From positions 9,393-73,392 of the forward strand of contig JADBLN010000116.1 of assembly GCA_014894455.1 (NCBI GenBank): a stretch of DNA of 64,000 nucleotides, given 5' to 3'. Source of the stretch: Acidobacteriota bacterium (GTDB lineage: Bacteria; Acidobacteriota; Aminicenantia; Aminicenantales; Saccharicenantaceae). This document shows, in pieces, positions 1 to 9,898 of the stretch. The notes under the pieces are model-generated. The model was not told the DNA's origin. It saw only the letters and a program-made list of their open reading frames with translations, and searched no databases. Position 1 is the first letter of the stretch. Each line of letters starts with the position of its first letter. A program made the translations under genes and the position numbers.

Positions 1-1677
1 ATCCGGACGACAATGGACTTCCACGAGAAGGGCGTCCAGAAGCTCTTCCAGATGCTGGTCGACAAGGGCGACATCTACAAGGGCGAATACAAGGGCTGGT
101 ACTGCGTCTCCGACGAGAATTTCCTTCCCGACGACGTGCCGCTCGAGGCGGAAGGGTGCAAGACCTGTCCGGATTGCGGCAAAAAGGCCTACGGCGTCTC
201 CGAAGAAACCTACTTCTTCCGTCTTTCGGCCTACCAGGACAAGCTCCTTACCCTCTACGCCGAGCACCCCGAATTCGTCCGGCCGCAGAGCCGCCTCAAC
301 GAAGTCACGAGCTTCGTCCGCGGCGGACTCAAGGACCTGAGCATCACCCGGACGACGGTCAAGTGGGGTGTCCCCGTGCCGGGCGACCCCAAGCACACGA
401 TCTACGTCTGGTTCGACGCCCTCCACAACTACGTCACGGGCATCGGCTACGACTGGAACCCGGAACTCTTCAAGAAATTCTGGCCGGCCGACATCCATCT
501 CGTCGGGAAGGACATCCTCAGATTCCACGCTGTCTACTGGCCGGCCTTCCTCATGGCCGAGGGCTTCCCCCTGCCGCGGACGGTCTACGGCCACGGCTGG
601 TGGCTCAAGGACGACACCAAGATGTCCAAGTCCAAGGGCAACGTCCTCGACCCCCAGGCCATCCTGAAGGTCTTCGGTCCCGACCCCCTGCGCTATTTCC
701 TGCTCCGGGAGATCCCCATCGGCCAGGACGGCAACTTCTCCCACGAGGGCTTCCTCCACCGGGTCAACTCCGACCTGGCCAACGACCTCGGCAACCTCGT
801 CCAGCGGACGCTGACCATGATCCGGAACTATTTCGACGGCGGGATCATCGACCCCGAAGAGGAGACGGCCGCGGACCTGAAAGTCCGGACCGATTTCGAG
901 GATCTCAAGACCCGGGTTTTCGACCACTACGACGCCTGCGCTCTCAACAAGGCCCTCGAAGAGATCTGGGCCTACATCGGCCAGGTCAACAAGTATCTTG
1001 CGGCGAACGAGCCCTGGATCATGGCCAAGGACCCGGCCCGGAGACCGAGGTTGGCCCGAGTGCTTCTCCAGGCCGCGGCGGCCATCCGCGGCATTAGCTA
1101 CCTCGTCTTCCCTGTCATGCCCGGGTCGGCGGAGAAGATCTGGGGCTTCCTCGGTGAAGGGAAGAAACCCTCGGAAGTCCCCTACGAGGAGATCGAGTTC
1201 GACGGCTTCGGCCCCGGCCGGAAAGTCGGAATGCCCCAGGCGCTCTTCCCGAGAGTCGCCTTGAAGGATTTTCTCGGAGAGGAGGCCGCCGCGCCCGAGA
1301 CCCCGCCGGCCCCCCGGCCGGAACCGACGAAGGAGGGAAAAGAAGCGATGGACATCATCACCTACGACGAATTCAAGAGAATGGACCTCCGGGTCGCCCA
1401 CATCCTCGCGGCCGAACGCCTCCCCGGCGCAACGAAGATCCTCAAGCTCCAGGTCGACATCGGGACAGAGAAGCGGCAGATGGTGGCCGGGATCGCCGAA
1501 ACCTACACGCCCGAGGAACTCGTCGGCAAGAAGCTCATCGTCATCGTCAACCTCAAGCCCGCCGTCATCCGCGGCATCGAATCCCAAGCCATGCTCCTCG
1601 CGGCCATCACCCCGGACAACAAGGCCCTCATCCCCTTCTTCGACCGGGATATCGCGGCTGGCGCGGTCGTGAAGTAA
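1..1677 (+). CDS. metG: Methionine--tRNA ligase, 5' end cut by window edge
   Basis: Frame 1 is open from nt 1. It has the class I KMSKS loop (KMSKSKGN), an anticodon-binding helical domain, a Pro/Glu-rich linker and a C-terminal Trbp111/EMAP-type tRNA-binding domain (KLIVIVNLKPAVIRGIESQAMLLAA). Confidence 0.95.
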   Translation: MRTTMDFHEKGVQKLFQMLVDKGDIYKGEYKGWYCVSDENFLPDDVPLEAEGCKTCPDCGKKAYGVSEETYFFRLSAYQDKLLTLYAEHPEFVRPQSRLNEVTSFVRGGLKDLSITRTTVKWGVPVPGDPKHTIYVWFDALHNYVTGIGYDWNPELFKKFWPADIHLVGKDILRFHAVYWPAFLMAEGFPLPRTVYGHGWWLKDDTKMSKSKGNVLDPQAILKVFGPDPLRYFLLREIPIGQDGNFSHEGFLHRVNSDLANDLGNLVQRTLTMIRNYFDGGIIDPEEETAADLKVRTDFEDLKTRVFDHYDACALNKALEEIWAYIGQVNKYLAANEPWIMAKDPARRPRLARVLLQAAAAIRGISYLVFPVMPGSAEKIWGFLGEGKKPSEVPYEEIEFDGFGPGRKVGMPQALFPRVALKDFLGEEAAAPETPPAPRPEPTKEGKEAMDIITYDEFKRMDLRVAHILAAERLPGATKILKLQVDIGTEKRQMVAGIAETYTPEELVGKKLIVIVNLKPAVIRGIESQAMLLAAITPDNKALIPFFDRDIAAGAVVK

Positions 1678-1758
1678 GGCGCCCGCGGGGAGGGTCGGAA
1701 AAGGCGGTCAAGGGACGAGCCTTCGCGGCGGAAGTGGACCCCCTTGTCGGTAACGGTC

Positions 1759-2400
1759 TCAGGATTCAAGTACCGCCCGGATCCGGGCTTCGGAGATCTT
1801 TCCCGGCCTGAGGATCCGGGGCTCGGGCGAGGTCAAATCCACGATCGTCGAGGGGGCGCCGCCCGGCGCCGGACCGCCGTCGACGATGACATCGACTTTC
1901 CCCCGAAAAACGGCGGCCACCTCGGCCGGGTCGGCCAGCTCTTTTTCCCCGGACAAGTTGGCGCTCGTCGCGGTCAAAGGCTCGCCGATCTCCCGGACGA
2001 GCGCCCGCAGCCACGGCAGGGGCGGAATCCGGACGGCGATCGTCCGTCCAGGCCCGAGCATGAAATCGGGGAGGCGTGCCGCGGCCAGGAGAACGAGAGT
2101 CAGCGGACCCGGCCAGAACTCCCCGGCCAAAGCCCGGAAGGAGGGGGGAAGAGGAGCGGAGATTTCTCTGACCATATCGAGGTCAGAAACGACGACCGAC
2201 AGGGGCTTTCCCATATCCCTTCTTTTCAGGCGATAGACCTTTTCCACGGCCCCCCTCGAAAAAGCCGCGGCGCCGAGGGCGTAGAAAGTCTCCGTCGGAT
2301 AGGCGGCGACGGCGTCTTCGAGGAGGGCCGCGGCGATCGCCCGGACCGGATCGGCGTTCTCCCCCGCCGGGTCTATCCCGATAATGCGGGTTTTGGTCAA
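1759..2400 (-). CDS. tsaC: L-threonylcarbamoyladenylate synthase (YrdC/TsaC family)
   Basis: YrdC-fold signatures are present (AAYPTETFYALG, RLKRRDMGKPLSVVV, LTATSANLSGE). I placed the start at TTG 2400, behind GGGAGGA; the ORF-track start at 2442 is the alternative. Confidence 0.85.
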   Translation of the reverse strand: MTKTRIIGIDPAGENADPVRAIAAALLEDAVAAYPTETFYALGAAAFSRGAVEKVYRLKRRDMGKPLSVVVSDLDMVREISAPLPPSFRALAGEFWPGPLTLVLLAAARLPDFMLGPGRTIAVRIPPLPWLRALVREIGEPLTATSANLSGEKELADPAEVAAVFRGKVDVIVDGGPAPGGAPSTIVDLTSPEPRILRPGKISEARIRAVLES

Positions 2401-2558
2401 GCCTGTCCTCCCTGTCCGGGATGGTATCCGGCCCCCGTCCAAAAGTCAAACCCTAGACTCCCCGGGCCGGCTTCCGGAGGACACCTGACCTGTTTTGGGA
2501 ACAGCCGCCGGGGCGCCCCCTCCCTGGAAAGGGGCCCCGCACGGCCTGGCATATTTTT

Positions 2559-2567
2559 TGCTATAAT
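2559..2567 (+). promoter_or_regulatory. Candidate extended -10 promoter (TGcTATAAT) for the OMP gene
   Basis: TGCTATAAT lies 23 nt upstream of ATG 2591, with AGGAGG in between. The -35 is poor. Confidence 0.4.
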
Positions 2568-2590
2568 GACGGGTGTATAGGAGGAATGAC

Positions 2591-3364
2591 ATGAAAAAAC
2601 TGACCGTTCTCGCCGCCGGACTTCTTCTCCTTGTCCCTGCTCTCGCTTTCCCGGATTCTTTATCCCTGCGGCTCGGGTACTTCATGCCGCGCGCCTCGAC
2701 CGATATCGTCCTCCATCCCGACAGCCTCTGGGCCATCGAATTCGACCAGATGAGCTTCACCATGGAAAAATACCGCGGGACGATGATGGGCATCGGCTAC
2801 GAGTATTTCGTCGGCAAAAATCTCAGCCTCGCCTTCACGCTCGACTCGTACAGCAAGAACAGGCCGGGCTACTACGTCGATTTCGTCCAGTTCGCGCTCG
2901 ACGAAGGCGACTTCGCCTTCCCGTATGAATTCTACGACGGAGACATCATCGACCACGCCTTCAGCGTTTCGAGCACGCCCCTCCAGGTTTCCCTCAAAAT
3001 AACCCCCCTCGGCCGGAAGACGCGGCTCATCCCCTTCGTGGGCGGCGGCGCCGGACTCTATTTCTGGAGCGTCCGGATGTACGGCCAGATGGTCAATTTT
3101 TCCGACCCCTGGGTCTACACCGACCCCGACCTGGGCGACATCGACATCTACCCCGTCGAAGGTGTCAACGGCAGGGAGAAAGGATCCGTTTTCGGTTACC
3201 ACGCCTTCGCCGGTTTCCAGATCCCCATCGGCTTCCGGGCGACCCTCGAAGCCGAGGCCCGCTATCACTGGGCCACGGCCAAGTTCACCGAGTGGTTCCA
3301 GGGATTCGAAGACTTCGACATCGGCGGCCTGGCTTTGACCGTCGGGTTCAATTACTGGTTCTGA
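2591..3364 (+). CDS. Outer-membrane beta-barrel protein (OmpW/OmpA-like porin family)
   Basis: It has a signal peptide (MKKLTVLAAGLLLLVPALAFP), alternating amphipathic strands and a C-terminal ...GFNYWF with terminal Phe typical of BAM substrates. The start is behind AGGAGG. Confidence 0.75.
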   Translation: MKKLTVLAAGLLLLVPALAFPDSLSLRLGYFMPRASTDIVLHPDSLWAIEFDQMSFTMEKYRGTMMGIGYEYFVGKNLSLAFTLDSYSKNRPGYYVDFVQFALDEGDFAFPYEFYDGDIIDHAFSVSSTPLQVSLKITPLGRKTRLIPFVGGGAGLYFWSVRMYGQMVNFSDPWVYTDPDLGDIDIYPVEGVNGREKGSVFGYHAFAGFQIPIGFRATLEAEARYHWATAKFTEWFQGFEDFDIGGLALTVGFNYWF

Positions 3365-3385
3365 GACCCATCATCCGCCGCTTTC

Positions 3386-3414
3386 GGGCCGTCCTCGCGG
3401 ACGGTCCTTTTTTT
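3386..3414 (+). terminator. Rho-independent terminator after the OMP gene
   Basis: A 9-bp stem (GGGCCGTCC / GGACGGTCC, one G:U pair) carries a UCGC loop and is followed by T7 (3408-3414). Confidence 0.65.
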
Positions 3415-3424
3415 GCCCCGTTTT

Positions 3425-4294
3425 TCAAGAGACCTTATCGAAGCGGAGGCCCTGGGCCTTGTCGAAACGGATGAGAAGCCGGCCCCAGACCGAGATGACC
3501 TCGATCTCGCCGGCAAAGCGGCAGGCGACCCCGTCTTTCTGGAAATCCTCTCGCATCTTCTCCCCGGTCTCGAAAAAATCGAGGAGGAAGGGCAGGGAGA
3601 ACGTCTTCTCCCCCTCCCGAGGGAGGCTCTTGTCCCCCGGGATCGGCCCGGAGAGGACTTCCCGGTCGCCGAAGAAAAGGGCGAAGCTGATCTTGTCGAC
3701 GAGGAGCTCGTAGCCGTTGGGGTTCTTGAACCTGGGGTGGAAGACGACGTCGGCCCCGCCCACGGTCAGGTCGTTTATCTTGAGGGGAAGGATCTCGATC
3801 TCGGGGTCCAGAAAGATGGGGAACTCCCCGCTGAAGGCGAACGGGGCCCGCTGCTCCTTTTTCCGCTCGTTCTGGAAAAACATGTCCCCGACGATGTCGC
3901 AGAGGGCCTTGCCCTCGACCGGGCCGACGGCGGCGCGGAGCAGGTCGTAGGAAATCTTGACCGGCAGAGCGATGAGCGTTTCCCCGTCCGGCGGGACCGG
4001 CAGGGGTTCGTCGAGAGACACCGTCATATTGAGGAATTCCCTCTGGTTGATGGTCACCCGGTAACGGTAGCGGACGAGCTCTCGGGGCGCCGAGGACGGA
4101 TTCGTCAGGCCGATGTGGAAGGCCAGTGTCAGCCCCGAGGAGCTGAGGTCCCGGATGACCTTGTCCCTCAGGGCCACGACGATGTCGTCCTTGGCGGCCG
4201 GCTCGCCGGCAGCCCATGCCGCGAGCCCCCCCGAGAAAAGCACCAGACAGACGACTCCGGGCATCTGCCGGATAAGATTCGTTCGCTTTCTCAT
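3425..4294 (-). CDS. Secreted/lipoprotein with two LEA_2 (WHy, LEA-14-like) domains
   Basis: An N-terminal hydrophobic signal (GVVCLVLFSGGLAAWAA) is followed by two repeats of the LEA_2-type beta-sandwich pattern (L.F.I.L.NPS...L..Y.Y.V.IN; ...V.F.P.FKNPNGYEL.VDKISF.LF). Confidence 0.6.
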   Translation of the reverse strand: MRKRTNLIRQMPGVVCLVLFSGGLAAWAAGEPAAKDDIVVALRDKVIRDLSSSGLTLAFHIGLTNPSSAPRELVRYRYRVTINQREFLNMTVSLDEPLPVPPDGETLIALPVKISYDLLRAAVGPVEGKALCDIVGDMFFQNERKKEQRAPFAFSGEFPIFLDPEIEILPLKINDLTVGGADVVFHPRFKNPNGYELLVDKISFALFFGDREVLSGPIPGDKSLPREGEKTFSLPFLLDFFETGEKMREDFQKDGVACRFAGEIEVISVWGRLLIRFDKAQGLRFDKVS

Positions 4295-4305
4295 GTCTTT
4301 CTTTC

Positions 4306-4334
4306 AGAATACCTGAAACGCGGTGCCCAGACAA
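4306..4334 (-). promoter_or_regulatory. Candidate sigma70 promoter TTGTCT-17-TATTCT for the LEA_2 gene
   Basis: Read on the minus strand. The -10 ends 11 nt before ATG 4294. Confidence 0.35.
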
Positions 4335-4341
4335 GCCTGCG

Positions 4342-4370
4342 TTGCAGTTATCGGCCCCGTTTCTTATAAT
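4342..4370 (+). promoter_or_regulatory. Candidate sigma70 promoter TTGCAG-17-TATAAT for the C1 peptidase gene
   Basis: Hexamers lie at 4342-4347 and 4365-4370 with a 17-nt spacer. GGAAGGAGGG lies before ATG 4410. Confidence 0.5.
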
Positions 4371-4409
4371 GGACAATCCCGGTGGAATCCCCGGGAAGGA
4401 GGGACATTC

Positions 4410-5636
4410 ATGAACAATCGCTCACAAGTCAGCCTCGGCCTCGTTCTCCTGCTCGCCGCCGGTCTGGCCGTTTCCTGCGGCCCTCGGAAGCCGGCGGGAG
4501 GCGGGCCGGCCGCCGGGCAGGTCAAGCACGACCAGGCCCTCTACACCGAGGAGCCGTCCGAAGGGAAAACCCGGACGGTCCTATCGGCCGACCTCACGGG
4601 CTTCGAAAAACCGACCGACCCGGCCGAGTTCACCAAGTACTTCCATCTTCCCCCCGTGCGCCAGGACAACACGGGGACGTGCTGGTCGTTCGCCGCGACC
4701 TCCCTTCTCGAATCCGAACTGAGGCGGCAGGGAAAAGCGGAGGTCAAGCTGTCCGAGATGTTCACCGTCTACTGGGAATACGTCGAAAAGGCCCGCCGAT
4801 TCGTCCGGGAAAAGGGCGATTCCTTCCTCGGCCAGGGCTCCGAGCCCAACTCGGCCATGGAGCGGATCGGGCAGTACGGCCTCGTCCGCGCCTCCGATTT
4901 CACGGGTCTTCTCGACGGGAAGACGTCCCATGACCACGGCCCGCTCTTCCGCGAGTTCCGGAACTACCTCTCCGGCCTCGCCGCCAAGAATGAATGGGAC
5001 GAAGCCGGGGTCCTGGCCGGGGTCCGGGCCATCCTCGACAAGCACCTGGGCCGGCCTCCCGACAGGATATCCATCGACGGGCGGTCGCTCACGCCCCTGG
5101 AATACCTCAAGAATCTGGGACTCGTCCCGGGCGATTATGTGGCCTTCGTCAGCTTCATGTACCTCCCCTTCTACACCAAGGGCGAGTTCCGGGTCCCCGA
5201 TAATTGGTGGCACAGCCGGGAGTTCCATAACCTGCCCCTCTACGAGTTCTCCACGGCTCTCCTGCGAGCCCTGCGTCGGGGGTACACGGCCGCTCTGGCC
5301 GTCGATTTCTCCGAGCCCGGCTACAGCGGCGCGAACGACATCGCCGTGGTGCCCACCTTCGACATCCCCTCGAGCTATATCGACCAGTCCAGCCGGGAAT
5401 ACCGGTTCACGAACGGCAGTTCCACCGACGACCACGCCGTCCACTGCGTCGGCTACCTGGAATCCGCCAAGGGCAACTGGTTCCTGATCAAGGATTCCTG
5501 GGAGAACGCCTACTGGGGGAAAGCCAAGGGCTATTTTTTCTACCAGGAGGATTACACGCGGCTGAAGTGCCTGATGCTCCTCGTCCACAAGGACGCCGTC
5601 AAGGAGGTCCTCGACAAATTCGCCGCGGTCCGGTGA
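4410..5636 (+). CDS. C1-family cysteine peptidase (aminopeptidase C / bleomycin hydrolase-like), lipoprotein
   Basis: It has a lipobox (LAVSC), the catalytic Cys motif (QDNTGTCWSFAAT), His (DHAVHCVGY) and Asn/Trp (KDSWENAYWG). The start at ATG 4410 has a strong SD. Confidence 0.8.
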   Translation: MNNRSQVSLGLVLLLAAGLAVSCGPRKPAGGGPAAGQVKHDQALYTEEPSEGKTRTVLSADLTGFEKPTDPAEFTKYFHLPPVRQDNTGTCWSFAATSLLESELRRQGKAEVKLSEMFTVYWEYVEKARRFVREKGDSFLGQGSEPNSAMERIGQYGLVRASDFTGLLDGKTSHDHGPLFREFRNYLSGLAAKNEWDEAGVLAGVRAILDKHLGRPPDRISIDGRSLTPLEYLKNLGLVPGDYVAFVSFMYLPFYTKGEFRVPDNWWHSREFHNLPLYEFSTALLRALRRGYTAALAVDFSEPGYSGANDIAVVPTFDIPSSYIDQSSREYRFTNGSSTDDHAVHCVGYLESAKGNWFLIKDSWENAYWGKAKGYFFYQEDYTRLKCLMLLVHKDAVKEVLDKFAAVR

Positions 5637-5699
5637 CCCCACCGCCCCGCGGTGGGGCCTTTCCCGGGAGAGGCGAAACCTGTTAGAATAAAGGACCTC

Positions 5700-7145
5700 A
5701 TGAGGAAGCTCGACTTCGACTTCGCCGACCGGACTCTCTTCGTCCGACTTTTCGGCGGCGACGTCTACGCCGTCGGGGGCTTCGTCCGCGACTTCATCCG
5801 CGGCCACCCCTCCCCCGACGTCGACATCCTCGTCGCCCGGCACGAGCTCGCGGCGATCGTCCGCAAGCTCGAAAAGCACGGCCGCGTCGACCTCGTCGGG
5901 AAGAGCTTCGGGATCGTCAAGTTCACGGTCCGGGGGAAGACCTACGATGTCGCCCTGCCCCGGACCGACCGGGCCCGGGGCGAAGGCGTCCGTGGCCACA
6001 AGGACATCCTCGTCTCCGCGGACCCCGGCCTGCCCGTCGAGAAAGACCTGGAGAGGCGCGATTTCCGGACGAACAGCATGGCCCTCCGGCTCAAGGACGG
6101 GACGCTCATCGACCCGTTCGAAGGGCGCGCCGACACCCTGGCCGGGAAGATCCGCCTGACCAACCCGGCCGCCTTCCCCGAGGACCCCCTGCGCGTCGTC
6201 CGCGTCGCCCGCTTCGCCTCCGTCCTGGGCTTCAAGGTCGACCCGGCGATCTACCCCGCCGCGCGGGCCGTCGACCTCTCCGGCCTCAGCGTCGAGCGGG
6301 TCAACGAAGAGATGTTCAAGGTCCTCCTCGGGTCGCCGCGGCCGTCGGTCGGGCTGGAGGAGATGTTCCGCCTCGGCGTCCTCGACCAGTGGTTCCCTGA
6401 GCTTCAGGCCCTGGCCCTGGTCATCCAGGATTCGGTTTTCCACCCGGAGAAGGACGCTTTCGGCCACCACACGGTCTGGGCCCACACCAAGCTCTCCGTC
6501 GACCAGGCGGCCGCCCTGGCCGGGCTGGCCGGGCTTTCGGCGCCGAAAAAGCTGGCCCTGATGCTCGCCGCGCTCTACCACGACCTGGGCAAGGTCTCGA
6601 CGACGCGCTGGGAATACAAGCGGGGCCGGATGGCCGTGACCTCCTGCGGCCATGACATCCAGAGCGAGCGGGCCGCCCGACGCGTCCTGGCCCGGTTCAA
6701 GGTCCAAACCTGGAACGGGTTCGCCATCGGCCGCATGGTCCCTCTCCTCATCCGGACGCACCACCGGGCCGGGGAGCTCTGGCAGAACCGGGAGGACGTG
6801 ACGAAAAAGGCCTTCAACCGCCTCGCGGCCGACGTCGACGGGGAGATCGAGCTCCTCGTCTATCTCGACGCCGCCGACCGGGCCGGACGGGGGACGCGCC
6901 TCGTCCGGGGGCTCGACCGGCAGGCGCGTTGGCTTTTCAAGAAGTTCGACGACCTCCGCGTCAACCGGGAGACGATCAAGCCCCTGGTCATGGGCCGGGA
7001 CCTCATCAAGCTGGGCGTCCCGCCCGGCCCGGAAATGGGCAAGCTCCTGAAGAAGCTCTACAAGGTCCAGCTCGATAACGGCTTCGAGACGAAAGCCCGG
7101 GGGCTCGAACGGGCCCGCCGGCTCGTCGAAAGGAAAGCGCCATGA
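5700..7145 (+). CDS. cca: tRNA nucleotidyltransferase (CCA-adding type) with HD domain
   Basis: It has the PolyA_pol head (GGFVRDFIRG...DVDILV), RRDFRTNSMA and an HD motif (LYHDLGK). I preferred ATG 5700 behind AAAGGA over GTG 5652. CCA-adding versus A-adding activity cannot be told from sequence. Confidence 0.8.
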   Translation: MRKLDFDFADRTLFVRLFGGDVYAVGGFVRDFIRGHPSPDVDILVARHELAAIVRKLEKHGRVDLVGKSFGIVKFTVRGKTYDVALPRTDRARGEGVRGHKDILVSADPGLPVEKDLERRDFRTNSMALRLKDGTLIDPFEGRADTLAGKIRLTNPAAFPEDPLRVVRVARFASVLGFKVDPAIYPAARAVDLSGLSVERVNEEMFKVLLGSPRPSVGLEEMFRLGVLDQWFPELQALALVIQDSVFHPEKDAFGHHTVWAHTKLSVDQAAALAGLAGLSAPKKLALMLAALYHDLGKVSTTRWEYKRGRMAVTSCGHDIQSERAARRVLARFKVQTWNGFAIGRMVPLLIRTHHRAGELWQNREDVTKKAFNRLAADVDGEIELLVYLDAADRAGRGTRLVRGLDRQARWLFKKFDDLRVNRETIKPLVMGRDLIKLGVPPGPEMGKLLKKLYKVQLDNGFETKARGLERARRLVERKAP

Positions 7146-8113
7146 CCATCCTCGTCGCCGGCGGCGCCGGGTACATCGGCTCGCACACCGTGAAGGAGCT
7201 CCATAGGGAGGGATTCGACGTTCTCGTCTTCGACAATTTCTCGAGCGGAAAGCCGGAGCTCGTCGGGACCAGGCCCTGCGTCCGGGGCGACCTCCTCGAC
7301 CGGGAGGCCCTGCGGCAGGTTTTCCGGACCCGGAAAATCGGGGCCGTCTTTCACTTCGCTTCCCTCATCCAGGTCGGCGAATCCTACGCCGACCCCCGAA
7401 AATACTACGCCCATAACCTGACGACGAGCCTCAACCTGCTCGACGCCATGCTCGAGGCCGGAGTCAAGACGCTCATTTTCTCCTCGACAGCGGCGGTTTA
7501 CGGCGACCCTCTCGAGACGCCCATCGGCGAAACCCATCCGACCAATCCGGTCAACCCCTACGGCCGGACCAAGCTCATGGTCGAGGAGATCCTTCGGGAT
7601 TACGACCGGGCCTACGGCCTACGCTCGATCTCGCTCCGCTACTTCAACGCCGCCGGGGCGGACCCCGACGGGGAGACGGGCGAATGCCACGACCCGGAAA
7701 CCCACCTCGTGCCCAACATCCTGCTCAGCCTCCTCAGGAAGCGGCCCCGGCTCGGGGTCTTCGGGGACGACTTCGCGACCCCCGACGGCACGGCCATCAG
7801 GGATTACATTCACGTCACCGACCTGGCTGCGGCCCACATCCTCGCCTTGAGGGCCCTCCTCGCCGGCCGGCCGAGCGACGTCATCAACCTCGGCACCGAA
7901 TCGGGACACTCCGTCCTCGAGGTCATTCGGGCGGCCGAGAAGGTGACCGGCCGAGCGGTTCCCTACGATATCGGCCCAAGACGGCAGGGCGACGTGGCCG
8001 TTCTTCTCGCCTCCAAGGAGAAAGCAGAAAAGTCTCTCGGCTGGAAACCCCGCCTGTCCTCACTCGAGACGATCATCGAAACAGCCTGGAACTGGCACGG
8101 CAAGGCCCGTTAG
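7142..8113 (+). CDS. galE: UDP-glucose 4-epimerase
   Basis: It has a Rossmann GGAGYIGSH motif, YGRTK (the YxxxK catalytic motif) and full-length SDR-extended similarity. It overlaps the cca stop by 4 nt. Confidence 0.9.
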   Translation: MTILVAGGAGYIGSHTVKELHREGFDVLVFDNFSSGKPELVGTRPCVRGDLLDREALRQVFRTRKIGAVFHFASLIQVGESYADPRKYYAHNLTTSLNLLDAMLEAGVKTLIFSSTAAVYGDPLETPIGETHPTNPVNPYGRTKLMVEEILRDYDRAYGLRSISLRYFNAAGADPDGETGECHDPETHLVPNILLSLLRKRPRLGVFGDDFATPDGTAIRDYIHVTDLAAAHILALRALLAGRPSDVINLGTESGHSVLEVIRAAEKVTGRAVPYDIGPRRQGDVAVLLASKEKAEKSLGWKPRLSSLETIIETAWNWHGKAR

Positions 8114-8137
8114 GAGGGGATAGCCGGAGAAGCCTGG

Positions 8138-8166
8138 TTGACGATTCCCCCTGTCTGTGCTATAAA
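8138..8166 (+). promoter_or_regulatory. Candidate sigma70 promoter TTGACG-17-TATAAA
   Basis: Hexamers lie at 8138-8143 and 8161-8166. The -10 ends 12 nt before ATG 8179 and no SD lies between them. Confidence 0.5.
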
Positions 8167-8178
8167 AGAAGTCCCGAC

Positions 8179-9798
8179 ATGACGTATCAACGACGCATCT
8201 TGTCATTATTCTCCATTCTCTCCCTGATCTTCTTCCTGACGGCTTGCTCCTCGACGCCCAAGCCGGCTAAAACCGTCGCCAAACCGGCGCCCAAGCCGGC
8301 CCAACCCGCCGCCCAAGAACAATCCAAAGTCTCCGAAAAACCCGTCGTCGCCAGAGTAGGGGCCGGCGTAATCGTCCAGGCCGATGTCGACAAGGGCGAG
8401 GAATCCGAAAAGGACGCCTCGGCCCTTCTCGAGGACGCCTTCGGGGCCTACGAGGAAGCCCAGGCGGCCATCGCGCGGGAAGACATGGACGGCGCCCTGG
8501 CCAAGCTCGACCAGGCCTACGGCCTCCTCCTGAAGATGTCCCTTGCGGCCGAATCCCCCCTCCTCCAGGAAAAGAACGACCTCCGCATCCTCGTCGCCCA
8601 GCGCATCCAGAAAATTTCGGTCTCCCGGACGACCCTTGCCTCCTCCGTCAACGGCTCGATCCCCCTCCTTGAAAACCAGTGGGTCATGAAGGAGATCAAG
8701 TCCTTCCAGACGGTCGAGAGGAGGGCCTTCGAGGAATCCTTCAAGCGTTCGGGCCTCTACATGGAGATGATCCTCGGAGAGCTCCGCAAGGAAAGGCTCC
8801 CCGAGCAGCTCGCCTGGATCCCCCTCATCGAGAGTGCCTTCCGGCCGCGCGCCCTGTCCCGCGCCCGGGCCCTGGGCATGTGGCAGTTCATCCGTTCGAC
8901 GGGCTACCGCTACGGCCTCAAGCAGGACAAGTACGTCGACGAGCGCATGGACCCGGTCAAAGCCACCCGCGCGGCCATCCGATACATGATCGAACTCCAC
9001 GACCTCTTCGGGGACTGGACGACCGCCATCGCCGCCTACAACTGCGGCGAGGGCCAGGTCCAGCGGGTCATCCGGGCTCAAAAGGTCGGTTATTTCGACA
9101 GCTTCTGGGACCTTTTCGTCAACCTCCCGTACGAGACGGCGCGCCATGTCCCGCGCTTCATCGCCACCCTCCTCATCGTCGGTGACCCCGACAAGTACGG
9201 CTTCTCCCTGCCCGTCCCGGACCCGGCCCTCCAGTACGAAACGATCCGGGTCAACGCCGCCGTCAAGCTGGCAACGCTCTCCCAGAACCTGGCCCTCGAC
9301 CCAGCGTTCCTGGTCACCCTCAACTCCGAGCTGCGGCACGATTCGACGCCAAACTACCCCTATGACCTCCGCGTCCCGGCGGGCTATGGGGGACAATGCC
9401 TGGCTTGCATCGCCTCCCTGCCCCAGTTCATCCCTCCCGACGTCGTCACCGACCGCTACACCGTCCGTAAAGGCGACACCCTGGGCGCCATCGCCCAGCG
9501 CCACCGCACATCCATCGACGCTCTCGTCCGCCTCAACGGCCTCCGGAGCCGGACCATGATCTATCCGCGCCAGGTGCTCCGCGTCCCTTCGCGGGGAGGC
9601 GTCGAAACGGCGGCCGTTGCGCCGCAAGCGAAACCGGGGGAAACCGTCACCTATATCGTCCAGAACGGAGACACGTTGTTCCAGATCGCCAAGACCTTCA
9701 ACATGACCGTGGACAAGGTCAAGGCCGCCAACGGCCTCGTCTCGGACATCCTCGTCGTCGGCCAGAAGCTCGTCATCCAGACCGGCCGCGCCCAGTAG
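8179..9798 (+). CDS. Membrane-bound lytic murein transglycosylase (MltD-like: SLT domain plus two LysM), lipoprotein
   Basis: It has a lipobox (LTAC), an SLT catalytic region (IPLIESAFRP...GMWQF...AAYNCG) and two C-terminal LysM repeats (YTVRKGDTLGAIA..., YIVQNGDTLFQIA...). Confidence 0.85.
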   Translation: MTYQRRILSLFSILSLIFFLTACSSTPKPAKTVAKPAPKPAQPAAQEQSKVSEKPVVARVGAGVIVQADVDKGEESEKDASALLEDAFGAYEEAQAAIAREDMDGALAKLDQAYGLLLKMSLAAESPLLQEKNDLRILVAQRIQKISVSRTTLASSVNGSIPLLENQWVMKEIKSFQTVERRAFEESFKRSGLYMEMILGELRKERLPEQLAWIPLIESAFRPRALSRARALGMWQFIRSTGYRYGLKQDKYVDERMDPVKATRAAIRYMIELHDLFGDWTTAIAAYNCGEGQVQRVIRAQKVGYFDSFWDLFVNLPYETARHVPRFIATLLIVGDPDKYGFSLPVPDPALQYETIRVNAAVKLATLSQNLALDPAFLVTLNSELRHDSTPNYPYDLRVPAGYGGQCLACIASLPQFIPPDVVTDRYTVRKGDTLGAIAQRHRTSIDALVRLNGLRSRTMIYPRQVLRVPSRGGVETAAVAPQAKPGETVTYIVQNGDTLFQIAKTFNMTVDKVKAANGLVSDILVVGQKLVIQTGRAQ

Positions 9799-9845
9799 CT
9801 CGAAGCTTCCGAAATCCCCTCCTCCCCTTCCCCACGCGGCCCTGT

Positions 9846-9875
9846 TTGACATCCCCGACGACCTTGAGCTAATGT
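9846..9875 (+). promoter_or_regulatory. Candidate sigma70 promoter TTGACA-18-TAATGT
   Basis: Hexamers lie at 9846-9851 and 9870-9875. GAAGGAGG lies before ATG 9899. Confidence 0.45.
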
Positions 9876-9898
9876 TAGCGGAAAGAGAAGGAGGTTCA